A stretch of 64,000 nt of DNA, taken from the NCBI GenBank assembly GCA_014905635.1, contig JABVCE010000011.1:992001-1056000 (forward strand), written 5' to 3'. This document shows, piece by piece, positions 13,201-24,095 of this stretch (position 1 is the first letter of the stretch; the number at the start of each line of letters is the position of its first letter). The position numbers and the translations under genes are program-made. Origin of the DNA: Scenedesmus sp. PABB004 (lineage: Eukaryota). The notes beneath the pieces are model-generated. The model did not search any database. It saw only the letters and a program-made list of their open reading frames with translations, and was not told the DNA's origin.

Positions 13201-13222
13201 CGCTACGGCTGAGCGGCCGCTC
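7223..13222 (+). repeat. Large inverted duplication, left outer arm (Cys-rich gene)
   Basis: Reverse complement of ~26694-32683; exons and introns are near-identical and similarity stops ~10 nt after the stop codon. Confidence 0.95.
7340..13212 (+). CDS. Secreted cysteine-repeat protein (GCC2/GCC3 ephrin-receptor-like or TNFR-like repeats), copy A, multi-exon
   Basis: Signal peptide MPSRRAGGVLLLLALLCAAAA, then RQLLQ; many CxxCPxG(T/F/Y) repeats (CPPGTF, CPFGSYCPGG, CPDGFY, CPAGTST); PAN-like stretches (CIESCPAAQCCIAQF; CRLKCETNAACWGFVF); ends VVRYG* with no transmembrane segment seen. Confidence 0.85.
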
Positions 13223-13637
13223 TGCTCGGCTCTGCCTGAGCCGGGCCATGCGCTGCCATGGTCGCGTGCGGGGCACCAGCGCCAGCGCCTGGCTGCCTGC
13301 GGCGGCGCGTGCTTGCCCTGGCTGCCGACCGTCACGGCCGGCAGCTGTCTGCGTGCGGCTCGCTCGCGCGTGCCGCCAATTGGCGCGTGCTGCTCACGCG
13401 CATGATGGGGGGAGGGAGGGGGAGCGGGTCGCCCCCTAGTCTATGTGCTGGTCCGACGCAGCCAGCTTGCTGGCCGGCTGGGCCGGATTGATGCCACACC
13501 CAACACGCTTGCTTCATCCCCTTGTCGTCGTCCTCACCCCGCTTGCTACGTATTCTACGTACTGTTATTACAGTTCCACGGGTTTTCTACTATGAGTTGT
13601 GGGTTCGGACTCCCTCCCTTCACACGTCACACACGCA

Positions 13638-13661
13638 TGAAAGCGGGCATGCCCGCTTTCA
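13638..13661. repeat. Perfect 24-bp palindrome TGAAAGCGGGCATGCCCGCTTTCA
   Basis: Equals its own reverse complement; followed by the 10-bp palindrome TGCCCGGGCA at 13666-13675. Confidence 0.95.
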
Positions 13662-13705
13662 CGATTGCCCGGGCATGCACGCAGTCGCTGCGTTCACAGC
13701 ACACA

Positions 13706-13757
13706 CACAGTGGGGTGTGGGAACACATGTGCACAGTGGGGGGTGGGAACACGTGTG
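13706..13757 (+). repeat. 26-bp tandem repeat, two copies
   Basis: CACAGTGGGGTGTGGGAACACATGTG followed by CACAGTGGGGGGTGGGAACACGTGTG. Confidence 0.85.
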
Positions 13758-13847
13758 CACACAGAGTGCGGTTGGGGTTTTTTCCAATCAGCACTCGAGC
13801 AATCTGGTGGGCGGGCTGACCGTGTGGCGTGCAACTGGATGGGCTGA

Positions 13848-13875
13848 GTGTGTGTGTGTGTGCGTGTGTGTGTAA
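13848..13875 (+). terminator. (TG)n microsatellite ending in a TGTAA poly(A) signal (likely 3' end of Cys-rich copy A)
   Basis: GT dinucleotide run followed by TGTAA at 13871-13875. Confidence 0.5.
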
Positions 13876-14164
13876 CTGACTACCAACTGACATTCTGTGC
13901 GCGTGTGGCGGCCAGCTCTTGCGCCGGAAAGCCGGCGCTGCGCGGGCTTGCGTGCTGCGCGCGCACACCGACTCGCGCGCCGCGCGCGCACGCTCGCCCG
14001 CGGCGGCAGCGGCGCGCCTGCGGCAGCGCCGCCGCGCCCCTCAGCGTGCTCAGTCTGTGCAGCAGCGCACGTTGCTTGGCTGCGCACACACGCAGCCGCC
14101 GCCAGCTGGCCGGCCGCGCCGCTGAACCGCTCGACGACTGGCTGGCAGCGCGCGGCGCGGCGCA

Positions 14165-14170
14165 TATATA
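14165..14170 (+). promoter_or_regulatory. TATA box of sHSP copy A
   Basis: TATATA in an otherwise GC-rich context ~160 nt upstream of ATG 14327; conserved in copy B. Confidence 0.7.
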
Positions 14171-14326
14171 GCCCGCCGCGGCCACGCAGCCACAAGAAGC
14201 CCTAGCAGCTCGCCGCACCCAGTGCCGTCCGCAGCCGCGCCCACCACCACCCGGCAGCAGAGCAGCAGCGCCCGCCAGCGCCCGCCCGCGCTGCGCCACC
14301 GCCACCGCCGCGCACCGCCTGCAAGC

Positions 14327-15237
14327 ATGGCTACCGCCACGCTCTCCCGCTCCGCCACCCAGGCACGCGCCGGGTGTGGCGCACGCGCGTCCAGGCGCGC
14401 CGCGCCGGCGCCGTCGCTGCGCGCTGCGCGGCCTGTCGTGCGCTGCATCGCGCCCCGCGCCTTCTACCGCGGCGCCTGGGACGATCCCAGCTCTCGCGCA
14501 ATGAAGGTGCGGCCCGGCCAGCGCTCTGCGCGCGCAGCGGACGGCGGGCGGCGGCGGCCTCGCCGCTGCTGCGCCCGCATGCATGCACATGCATGCGTGT
14601 CCATGCACGGCCGCCCCTCGTGCGCACCTCCCGCCCTGACGGCCCCAAACGCTCGCAGGAGATGCTGGAGCAGGCTGCGGCCGAGTTTGAGCGCGCTGCG
14701 CCGCGCTCCGGCATGAGCGGCGCCGTGTACTGGCCCGGCGGCAGCTACGCCTGGGGCGGCGCGTCGCGCTGCGGGCCGCAGCGCCGGGGCCAGCCGTGGC
14801 AGCAGCAGCAGCAGCAGCAGGGCGGCGGCGAGGCGTCGTGCGCGCTGTCGCTGGACGTGGTGGCCAGCGAGGACAGCTACGAGCTCCTCGCCGACGTGCC
14901 GGGCCTGGCCAAGGCCGACCTCAAGATCCGCCTCTCCAAGGACCGCGTGCTCACCATCGCCGGCGAGCGCCGCGCGCCCGGCGCCGCGCCCCAGGACGCC
15001 GGCGACGCCGCGGCGGCGGCGCAGGCCGGCGGCGAGGGCGCGCCGCAGCTGCTGCAGCAGGAGCGGCGCGCGGGCGCGTTCAGCCGCGCCTGGGCGCTGC
15101 CCGAGGACGCTGACGAGGCGGGCGGCATCAGCGCCAAGGTGTCCGAGGGCGTGCTGACCATCAGGGTGCCCAAGCGCGCGCCCGTGCCGCCGCCCGCGCC
15201 CGAGGACGAGGGCGGGCAGGACATTGCCGTCGCCTGA
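14327..15237 (+). CDS. HSP20: Small heat-shock protein (HSP20/alpha-crystallin domain), probably plastid-targeted, copy A
   Basis: Exons 14327-14506 and 14659-15237; transit-peptide-like MATATLSRSATQARAG..RPVVRC; ACD motifs LDVVASEDSYELLADVPGL, VLTIAGER, ERRAGAFSRAWALPEDAD, ISAKVSEGVLTIRVPK. Confidence 0.92.
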
Positions 15238-15411
15238 GCGCGCGGGAGCTTGCTGTGAGGCCAGCTGCCGCCGCACGCACGCCGCGCGCCCTTTTCTTGT
15301 TCATGAGTGAGCGTTTGAGCGTCGCCTCTGCCCCAGCTTGCTGTGCTGCAATCTTCTCATGCGCTTGTGGCCAGGCGTGCTGTGCGCGCCGCCTGCCTGG
15401 CCCATCCTTCC

Positions 15412-15467
15412 TGCCTGTTTGAGTGCCTTGTTGTTGTTCTGCCTGTTTGAGTGCCTTGTTGTTGTTC
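15412..15467 (+). repeat. 28-bp tandem duplication in the sHSP-A 3' region
   Basis: TGCCTGTTTGAGTGCCTTGTTGTTGTTC twice; only one unit in copy B (~24620-24645). Confidence 0.85.
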
Positions 15468-15848
15468 CTCATGCGACACGCATGCCCATTCCCAGTTCCT
15501 CCTCGCTTGCACGCAGCAGCACTGCGGGTCGCTGCCTGGCCGCGCCGGTAAAAGCCGCGCCGATGGACCTCGCCCCGCCCGCCTCGCACGGACTGGTCGG
15601 TTGGTCGGGCAGCTGCTGCGCAGCGGCAGGCTGGAGGGAGGGCTGCCGCAGCTGCGGAAGTGAGAGCTGCTGACGGCGACGACGCGAGTACTGCTGGCCG
15701 CCCCGGCAGCTCCGCGAGCACAGCTCGGCGCAGCGACATTCACCGACCCCAGTACGACGTCCTCGCAATTCTGCGACTGCCTCCAGTCCCTCGCCGGCCC
15801 CAGCGCGCGAGGGGGCGGTCGAGCAACTGCGAGCGCGGGAATCACGCC

Positions 15849-18775
15849 ATGGCGCGCCCCGGGCGCGCACATTGCCAGAGGGCCATCGCTTTCACGTTCC
15901 TGCTCGTCACCTCCGCTCTTCGAGCAGCGGCAGCAGGTGCGGCGACGGGGCCAGGCCGGCGGCGCCGGCGGCTGTGCCACCGCTGCTCGCGCCCGCCGCG
16001 AGCGTGGGAGCCCGCTGCTTGACCGAGGCGCGCGCTGAGCCGCTGACGGCCAACACGCTGGCGTGTGCGGCGCCCGCCGCAGAGCTGTACGAGGCACCGG
16101 ACTGGGCGTGCTCGGTGCCGTCGCCGCGGCGCAACCCGGCCTGCCCCGCGCCTGCCGACGGCGACCCGCGGTGCACGCTCGAATACTGCCCCCTGGCGGC
16201 CGGCTGCGTGGGTCAGGCCTGCAACGCGGTGCAGGGGCGCCTGGCGGGCGCCAGGACCCTGGTGCTGGACGCCTGGCTGCAGCGCGGCGACGCGTGCACC
16301 AAGACCACGTGGGCAATGTCTGAGTGCTGCGCTCTCTGCCAGGCCACGCTCGGGTGCACGGGCTGGCAGTACTGCAACTCGCCGTACGGCTGCGGCGCTG
16401 CGACGCTGTGCGACCCCGCGGCGCACGACTTTGAGGGCGGGCCGCTGCCGCTGGGCGCGGCGCTCAGCCCGATGGCCCACACAGCGCGGCTCAACCCCGC
16501 GCGCGCCTGCCAGCCCGCGGGGGCGTGGCCCTACCAGACCTGCAGCCTCAAGGTTGCGGCGCCTGGCACCAGCGCGGCGGCGCTGGCTGTCGAGCCTGGG
16601 AGTGAGTGCCTCGTTGGGAGTGGTTGGGGAGGGGGGGGGGGAACATCGACGGCCAGGGCTGAGCGCGGCGCCGCTGCGCGTGCTGCACCGCCGCAGGCGA
16701 GGAGTCCGGCTGGGTCTCGGGTTTTGTGGCCAAGCCCGCCGGCGAGACCGCCGTCGCGGTTGTTGAGGGTGCGGCGGCCGGGGCCGGGGGCGCGCTGGCA
16801 CGGCAGCCGCCAGCTGCGGGCGCTGGCGCCGACACACGCACGCACGCACGCGCCTGCCCTGTCGCAGCCCCCGCAGTGCCAACACTGACGGTGACGACGG
16901 AGCAGGCGGAGCCGGGCGGTGCGCTTTTGCTCGAGTCGGCGCAGCAGCAGGGCCCGGCCCCCGTGCCAAGTGAGGCTGCCACAGCTGGCAGGGCCAGCTG
17001 CGGCAGCCGCCCAGCTGCTGCGAGCGCGCCGCACGCGTCTGCTGAGCGCCGCCGCGCCGCCCGCCGCCGTTGCCTCGCTCGCAGTCCCAGAGGCGGCCGC
17101 GCCCGAGGTGATCGTCGAGGAGGCGGCGGCTGAGGACAGCACAAGCTGGCTGCCCGCGCACCAGGGTGCAACCGCGGCGGCGCAGGTGCAGCCGGGCTCG
17201 GAGGTGGTCCTTGCTGAGACGCAGGGCGCCCCCGCAGGCGCCGTGGACGCAGCGGAGCCCGCCGCGCCCGCCGCGGCCGCCGCCGAGGTGCCCGCGACCG
17301 CGGCGCAGGCCGCGGTGGCGCCCGCCGCTGCGGTGCAGGCCGCGGTGGCGCCCGCCGCTGCGGTGCCGGCCGCGATGGCGCCCGCCGCTGCGGTGCCAGC
17401 CGCGGTGGCGCCCTCGGCGCCTGCGGCGCCGACGCCGGCGGCGCCTGCGGCGGCTGCGGCGCCGGGCGCAAGCACGGCGGTCGCAGCACAAGCTGAGACG
17501 GCAACAGAGCTGCCGGCAGAGCAGCTTGCCGAGCCGGCAGAGCAGGCAGCAGAGACGGCAGAGCAGGCAGCAGAGACGGCAGAGCAGCTTGCCGAGCCGG
17601 CAGAGCAGCTTGCAGAGCCGGTGCCGGCAGCAGACACGGCAGCTGAGCCTGCTGTCGCTGCGCCAAGCGCTGCAGCAGCAGACCCTGAGCCTACGGCGGA
17701 CGAGGCCCCGGCACAGGCTGCGGCGTCTGGAGGCCCGGCCGAGCTGCCGACGGTGGAGGCGGCGGGTAGCGAGCCTGCCGCGGCTGCTGAGCAGCCGGCG
17801 GGCGGCGAGGTGGTGGTGGCCGAGCCGGCCGCGGCGCCGGTGCCGCCAGCAAGCGCCGCGGGCACCGTCGGCGACGCGCCTGCTGCCGAGGCGCCGCAGC
17901 CGGCGCTCGAGCCGCCTGCAGTTGCAGCCCAGCATGTGCAGCCGGCAGCCGCAGGCGAGGCGGTGTCGGGGCCTGCTGCTGCCGGGCCGGCGGCGGAGCA
18001 GGGGGAGGAAGCGCCCGCATCTGTGGCGCCGCCAGCGCACCCTGCCCTTGCAGAGCCCTCGGCGGCGGAGCCGGCGGCTGAGCTGACTGCGCCGCCCGCC
18101 GCGGCGGAGCAGGAGCCGGCAGCAGCACCCCAGACGGCTGCCGTGTCGCCCGCCACAGAGCCGGCAGCTGCAGAGCCGGCCGCGGCGCAGCCGGCCGAGT
18201 CCGGCGAGCCGCAGGTGGCAGAGGTCGCGACTCAAGCTGCTCAAACGCAGGCCACGCAGGGCTCCTCAGAGCAGCCGCCTGCCGCCCAGGTGGCCGCACC
18301 GGCAGCGGCGACCCCGCCGCCAGCAGAGGCGGTCACGGAGCAGCCCACCGCCCCGAGCGACGCGGCGCGGCTGCCGATGCAGAGCGCGCCGACGCCGGCA
18401 GCTGAGCCAGCCACTGAGGCGGTGGCCGCGGCAGCGCAGCCAGCCGCCGCGGCGCAGGCGCCGGCCGTGGCGCGCCCCCCGCGCCACCTGCGGCTGCCGG
18501 AGGAGCCGGCGAGCGCTGGCGCGGGGCAGCAGCCGCAGGCGGCGGGCGACGTGCAGGCGGCGGCCAAGGCGGCGGTGGGTGCCGCCTTGGCCGCTGGCGC
18601 CGCCGAGCAGCCGCCCGCGGCGCGCCAGCTGATGCCCGACCGCATCAGCGTGATCGAGAGCGGCGCCGCCATCTTGCCGGCGGCGAGCGAGAGCGGCGCG
18701 CGCGCGCCGGGCGCTGGCGGCGGGCTGCGGGCGTTCCTGGTTGGCGCGGCGGCCGCCGCTGCGCTGCTGGTGTAG
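15849..18775 (+). CDS. Putative cell-surface protein: signal peptide, Cys-rich PAN/Apple-like domain, long Ala/Pro/Glu stalk, hydrophobic (GPI-like) C-terminus
   Basis: MARPGRAHCQRAIAFTFLLVTSALRAAAA; ECCALCQATLGCTGWQYC...CSLK...GWVSG; four GT-AG introns; ends LRAFLVGAAAAAALLV*. Confidence 0.7.
17309..17620 (+). repeat. Coding tandem repeats: 30-nt unit (AAVAPAAAVQ/P, ~3.5 copies, 17309-17413) and 21-nt unit (AEQLAEP/AEQAAET, 5 copies, 17516-17620)
   Basis: Visible in both the DNA and the translation of ORF 16919-18775. Confidence 0.85.
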
Positions 18776-18860
18776 GTGGTTAGTCGATCGGCTGGCGCGG
18801 GGAGTGAAATGCAAAACCCTGCACGTTCAAACGCCGGGCCGGCCTCACTGGCACAGCGCA

Positions 18861-19526
18861 TCACTCAGCCTGCCACACCAGCTTGCTGTCTTCCTGCTTG
18901 ACCACGCCCTGGGCCAGCAGCTGCAGCGGCGGCAGCGGCGGCAGCGGCGGCGGGGCTCAGCCCCAGGTCTGCGCGGCGCGCCCCGTCCCAGCAGCTCGCG
19001 CCTGTCACCCCCTCACCGGCGGCGGAGGCCGCCTGCCCGCACGCACGCGTGGGCCGCGCGGCAGCGTGGCAGCGGGGGCCCCGGCACCAGCGCGCGGCCG
19101 CCGCCGCACCTTGGCAGTGACCTGCTCCACCAGCTCCGCGCTGAAGTCGCCGTTGGCGTGCTTGGCGAGCAGCGCGCCGAGCTTCTGCAGGCGCATCGCG
19201 CCCTTCTTCTTCAGCCGCTTGGCCGCCACCTTGAGCAGCGGCTCGAGCGCCGCGGGCGTCTCGGGCGCCTCGGGCGCGGGCGGCTCCGCCCCGGCCTTCT
19301 TCTTCTTGCGCTTGCCCTCCTTGCCCTCCTTGCCCTCCTTGGCCGCCTTGCCCTCCTTGGCCGCCTTGGCCGCCTTGGCGCCCTTGGCCGGCGCCTCCTC
19401 CGCCTCCTCGCCGCCCTTGGCCTCCTCCTTGGCGGCCTTGTTGGACTTCTTGGCCGCAGGCTGCTCCGCCGCCTCCGCAGCTGCCTCCTGCTGCCCCCCG
19501 GCCGCCGCCGCCGGCGCGCCCGCCCC

Positions 19527-19564
<38 letters not shown>

Positions 19565-20310
19565 TGTTGTTCAGGCCGAGAGCCGCGCGCGCCTGCGTGC
19601 GTGCGGGGCGGCGGCCCGCGGCGGCGGGTCGGCCGGCGGCAGCGCCGCGCAGGCGCCTGCGGGCGCGGGCCGGCCGGCCGGGCGGCGCCGCACCCGGCGC
19701 TTGTGCTTCGCGCCCGCGGCGTGCCCGAGCAGCGTGTCGCGGCTCGTGCACGACACGTTGCAGCACGAGCACCTCCAGGGCGGCCGCTCCGAGAGGAACT
19801 GCAGCCCCACCACCTCGCCGCCGGGCGCGGCGGCGGCGGTGGGCGCCGCGGCGGGCGCGCCGTCGCCGAAGAAGCCCTGCGCCGCGTAGCCGCCGGGCTT
19901 GGTCGCGCCGAGCGCGTACTTTTCGTGCTCGCTCACGCACGTGTTGTGCGCCTGCGCGGCCGGCGCGGCGGGCGACGCGGGCGCTCGTGAGGGGAGGGCG
20001 CGGCGGGGACGGCGGCGGCCGCGGGCGCGTGGGGGAGGGTGCGGCGGGGACGGCGGCTGCTGCGCGGCGCCGCTGCGGCGGGCGGCGCACCGACGCGCTG
20101 CTGCGGTCGAAGCTGCGGCTGCAGTCCACGCAGGTGAAGTGCTGGCAGCTGCGGGAGTGGTTGGCGAGCTTGGGCTTCTGCGCGCGGCGAGCGTGAGGCG
20201 GCGCGCTCCACGGCAGCGGCGGCTGGCGCCGGCCGAGCGCTGCGCGGCGCCGGCGACGGCGCGCCCACCTTGACGGTGTCGCCGCAGTCGTCGCAGTTGA
20301 ACCAGACCAT
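18861..20310 (-). CDS. LYAR: LYAR-type C2HC zinc-finger nucleolar protein with U1-like zinc finger and Lys/Glu-rich region
   Basis: Spliced MVWFNCDDCGDTVK|KPKLANHSRSCQHFTCVDCSRSF..|AHNTCVSEHEKY; WRCSCCNVSCTSRDTLLGHAAGAKHKRR; last exon 18920-18861. Confidence 0.88.
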
Positions 20311-20571
20311 GGCGCCCGCGGGCCGCGCTGTGAAGCGCGCGCTGGCGGAGGCCGCTCGGAGGCGGCGGGGGCAAGCGCAGAGGAGGCGCGCGGTGAGGAG
20401 CGCGCTGGGCGGCTCTGACGGTGCGCCGGCGGCGAGAGCGGTCGTTGCGAAATCGGAGCGCAAGCGTCGGCAGTGACATCGGCGTGCTGGCGTGCTGCTG
20501 CTTCGCCATCGCGCCCCGCCGAGCGCCCATTGCCGCACTCCCGCGCTCGCACCGATCCCGCCTCTCGCACC

Positions 20572-23500
20572 ATGGCTCTCCGCCGCGGCGCGCTGCGCCT
20601 GGGCCTCGGCCTGCGGGCATCGTGCGCCAGCGTGGTAGGGTCCCGGCCGCTGCGGCGTTTGCGGCGCCCCGCGCATGGCGCGGAAGGCGCTACCCGTTGC
20701 GGCCATCGCGCTCGGCGCGCGCGCGGGGCGCTACGCGCCCCACCCGCGCGGCAGCAGCTGTTCTGTTGCCGCTTCCCACGCACGCCCCGCCCGCCCGCCC
20801 GCTCCGCCCGCGCTCCCAGGCCGTCACAAGCCGCGGCTTCGCGGCGCAGGTGCGCGGCGGCGCCTGCCGGCGGCCGGGCGCGGCGGCGGCGCCCGGCCCG
20901 GGCGGCGCGCGCGCTGCTGCCGGCGCCACCACACGCGCGCCCGCGGCAACGCCGCCCCGCCACCGCCGCCCCCCGCAGCCGGTGCGCAATGACGACGAGT
21001 ACGCAAAGTTCGCGGACGACGGCAGCCGCAAGCACGTCACGGTGCGCGGCGGGCGGGCGCCGCTGCACGCCGCGGCCGCGGCGCCTCGCGCCCGAGCGCC
21101 GCGCACCCGCGCGCCGCGCGCGCGGCGCGCCTGCAGTGGCCCAAGGTCCTGAACGCGCCGCTGGCGGAGGTCGACCCGGAGCTGTTTGACATCATCGAGA
21201 AGGAGAAGAACCGGCAGTGCAAGGTGGGGCGCCGCCGCGCGGCAGCAGCACCGCTGGTGGTGGCGCCAGCGCCGCGAGCCTGCCAGCCGGCGCGGGCGCG
21301 CGCGGGTGCGCGCGCGCCGACGCCCGCGCGCCGCCGCGCCGGCGGCGCCCCCAGGGCCTGGAGCTCATCCCGAGCGAGAACTTTGTGAGCAGCAGCGTGA
21401 TGGAGGCGGTGGGCAGCGTGATGACCAACAAGTACAGGTGCGCCCGGCGGCGGCAGCAGCGGCGGCAGCAGCGGCGGCAGCAGCGGCGGCAGCGGCAGCG
21501 GCGGCAGCGGCAGCGGCAAGCATTGCGATTGTCCCGGCCCAGCGCGCCGCCTCACGGCCGTCCCCCCGTGCACCGTGCGCCGCCGCCGCCGCCGCGCCGC
21601 GCCAGCGAGGGCTACCCCGGCGCGCGGTACTACGGCGGCAATGAGTTCATCGACCAGGCGGAGCGCCTCTGCCAGGCGCGCGGCGGCGCGCACGGCGGCG
21701 GCGGCAGGGCCGCGCAGCGGCGGGGCCGTCCAGCGCAGCGGCAGGGCGGGGCGGGGCGGGGCGGGGCGGGGCCGCCACAGGGGAGGGGCGGGGCGGGGCG
21801 GCTTGACCCGCGCCGCCTCACGCGCCGCGCCCGCCCGCCCGCCCGCAGAAGCGCGCGCTGGACGCGTTTGGGCTCGACCCGGAGCAGTGGGGCGTGAACG
21901 TGCAGCCGCTGTCCGGCTCGCCCGCCAACTTCCAGGCGCGCGCGCGCGCCGGGCCAGCGGCTGGGCCGCGGCCGCGGTGGCCCCGCCGCGGCGCGCGCGG
22001 CCGCAGCGGCGCCCACGCCGCCGCGCTGGCGCGGGCGCAGGTGTACACCGCGCTGCTGGCGCCGCACGACCGCATCATGGGGCTGGACCTCCCGCACGGC
22101 GGGCACCTCAGCCACGGCTTCCAGACCGACACCAAGAAGATCAGCGCGACGTCCATCTACTTTGAGGCGAGCACGCGCCGCGCCGCGCACCGCCCTCTTG
22201 TCTCCCTCCCCTCCCCCTCCCACACGCGCACACACACGCACACACAAGCACTCACTCACCCACGCACGTAGACACACACACACACGCACACTCTCTCACG
22301 CGCGCGCGCAGACGATGCCGTACCGTCTGAACGAGGCGACCGGCCTCATCGACTACGACACCCTCGAGGCGACCGCCAAGCTCTTCAGGCCCAAGCTCAT
22401 CGTCGCGGGTGCGACGCCCACGCCGACGCGCCCGCCGCGCCCGCCGCGGCGCCGCGCCGCACGCGCCCGCTGCGCGGCGCGGCGCCCACGCGCCGCACGC
22501 GCCCGCTGCGCTGCGCGGCGCGGCGCGGCGCGGCGCTCACACCTCTCTCCGCTCCCGGCGGCGCGCTGCGTGCTGTGCCGCCGCAGGCGCGTCTGCCTAC
22601 ACGCGGCACTACGACTACCCGCGCATGCGTGCGATCGCGGACCAGCACAAGGCGTGGCTGCTCGCCGACATGGCACACATCAGCGGCCTCGTCGCGGCGG
22701 GGCTCGTGCCGAGCCCGTTTGAGCACGCCGACGTCGTCACGACGACCACGCACAAGAGCCTGCGCGGCCCCAGGTGCGGCGCGCGCGCGCTTTTCGGGGG
22801 AGCGGCCTGGGGGTCAGGGCGTCGCCGCCAGCGGCGGCCGCGCGGCCGCGCGTGGGCAGAGCCCCGCCCCGAGCCGCCGCCGCCGCGGTGCCCCCCCCCC
22901 ACCACTATCGCCAGGGGCGCGATGATCTTTTACCGCAAGGGCGTGCGCAGCGTGGACAAGAAGGGGCGCGAGGTGCCGTATGACATCGAGGACAAGATCA
23001 ACTTTGCTGTCTTCCCGGGTGCGCCCCGCGCCCGCGCTGCGCCCGTGCCCTGCAGCCCCGCGCCAGCGCCCGCGCCCGCGCCCGTGCGCGGCGGCGGCGC
23101 GCTGCGCCGCTGCTGACGGCGGCGGCGGCGGCGGCGGCGGCGGCGCGCTCCCGGCGCGCAGGGCTGCAGGGCGGCCCGCACAACCACACGATCAGCGGGC
23201 TCGCGTGCGCGCTGAAGCAGGCGGCGAGCCCCGAGTTCAAGCAGTATCAGGCGCAGGTGCTCGCCAACAGCAAGGCGCTCGCCGACGGCCTCGCCAAGCG
23301 CGGCTACAGCCTCGTGTCAGGTGCGGCGGCGGCGACGTGCGCTGGGCGGCGCGCGTGCTGAAGCAGGCAGCGGGGCAGCGTGCGCGGGGGCGGCGGGCGC
23401 GGCGGCGCGCCGCCGACGCCCGCGGCCTCGCGCGTCGCGCCAGGCGGCACCGACAACCACATCGTGCTGGTGGACCTGCGGCCCAAGGGCATCGACGGCT

Positions 23501-24095
23501 CGCGCGCGGAGCGCGTGCTCGAGCTCGCCCACATCGCGGCAAACAAGAACACCGTGCCGGGTGCGCGTGACGCGCGGGCGGGGCGGCGCGGAGCAGGGCG
23601 GCGCGCGGGCCCGTGCTGCTGCTGGGCGCGTGGGCGCGGCGCGCACGGCCCCACGCCGCCCGGTCCGCCCGCACAGGCGACGTGAGCGCGATGGTGCCGG
23701 GCGGCCTGCGCATGGGCAGCCCTGCGCTGACGAGCCGCGGCTTCGTGGAGAAGGACTTTGAGCAGGTGGCGGACTTTGTGGACCGCGCGGTGCAGATCGC
23801 TGGTGCGCTGCCCGCGCTGCGCTGCGCTGCGCTGCGCGCGCCCGCGCCGCGTCCCGCGCCGCGTCCCGCGCCGCGCTGCGGACGCGCCCGCGCGCCGCGC
23901 CGCCGACGCGCCCGCGCGCCGCGCGCCGCAGTCGGGCTCAAGGCGACCGCGGGGCCGAAGCTCAAGGACTTCCGGGACTTCCTCGCGACCAACACCACGC
24001 CCGAGATCGAGGCGCTAAAGGCCGACGTCGAGGCGTTTGCCAAGCAGTTCCCGACCATCGGCTTTGAGAAGGCAGCCATGCGCTACCAGGACTGA
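20572..24095 (+). CDS. SHMT: Serine hydroxymethyltransferase, mitochondrial type (multi-exon)
   Basis: [55 protein letters not shown]-lysine motif [19 protein letters not shown]; Arg-rich presequence [17 protein letters not shown]. Confidence 0.98.

Larger units (their letters stand above)
13968..15629 (+). repeat. Large inverted duplication, left inner arm (sHSP gene with promoter and 3' region)
   Basis: Reverse complement of ~24455-26096. Confidence 0.95.

Noticed and set aside
7340..13212. Naming the Cys-rich protein as mastigoneme protein MST1 or an ephrin receptor
   Set aside because: Only generic Cys repeats are shared; there is no kinase or transmembrane region and orthology cannot be shown without a search.
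13706..13757. Short direct repeats as a CRISPR array (also 15412-15467 and 17516-17620)
   Set aside because: Units are head-to-tail without unique spacers, the context is eukaryotic and there are no cas genes.
13968..14164. Heat-shock elements upstream of HSP20
   Set aside because: No clear array of alternating nGAAn units could be identified by eye.
21446..21518. (GGC/AGC)n repeats reading as polyA, polyQ/R or polyG/S in SHMT, RRM and RPS18
   Set aside because: They fall inside introns defined by protein conservation and are simple microsatellites.
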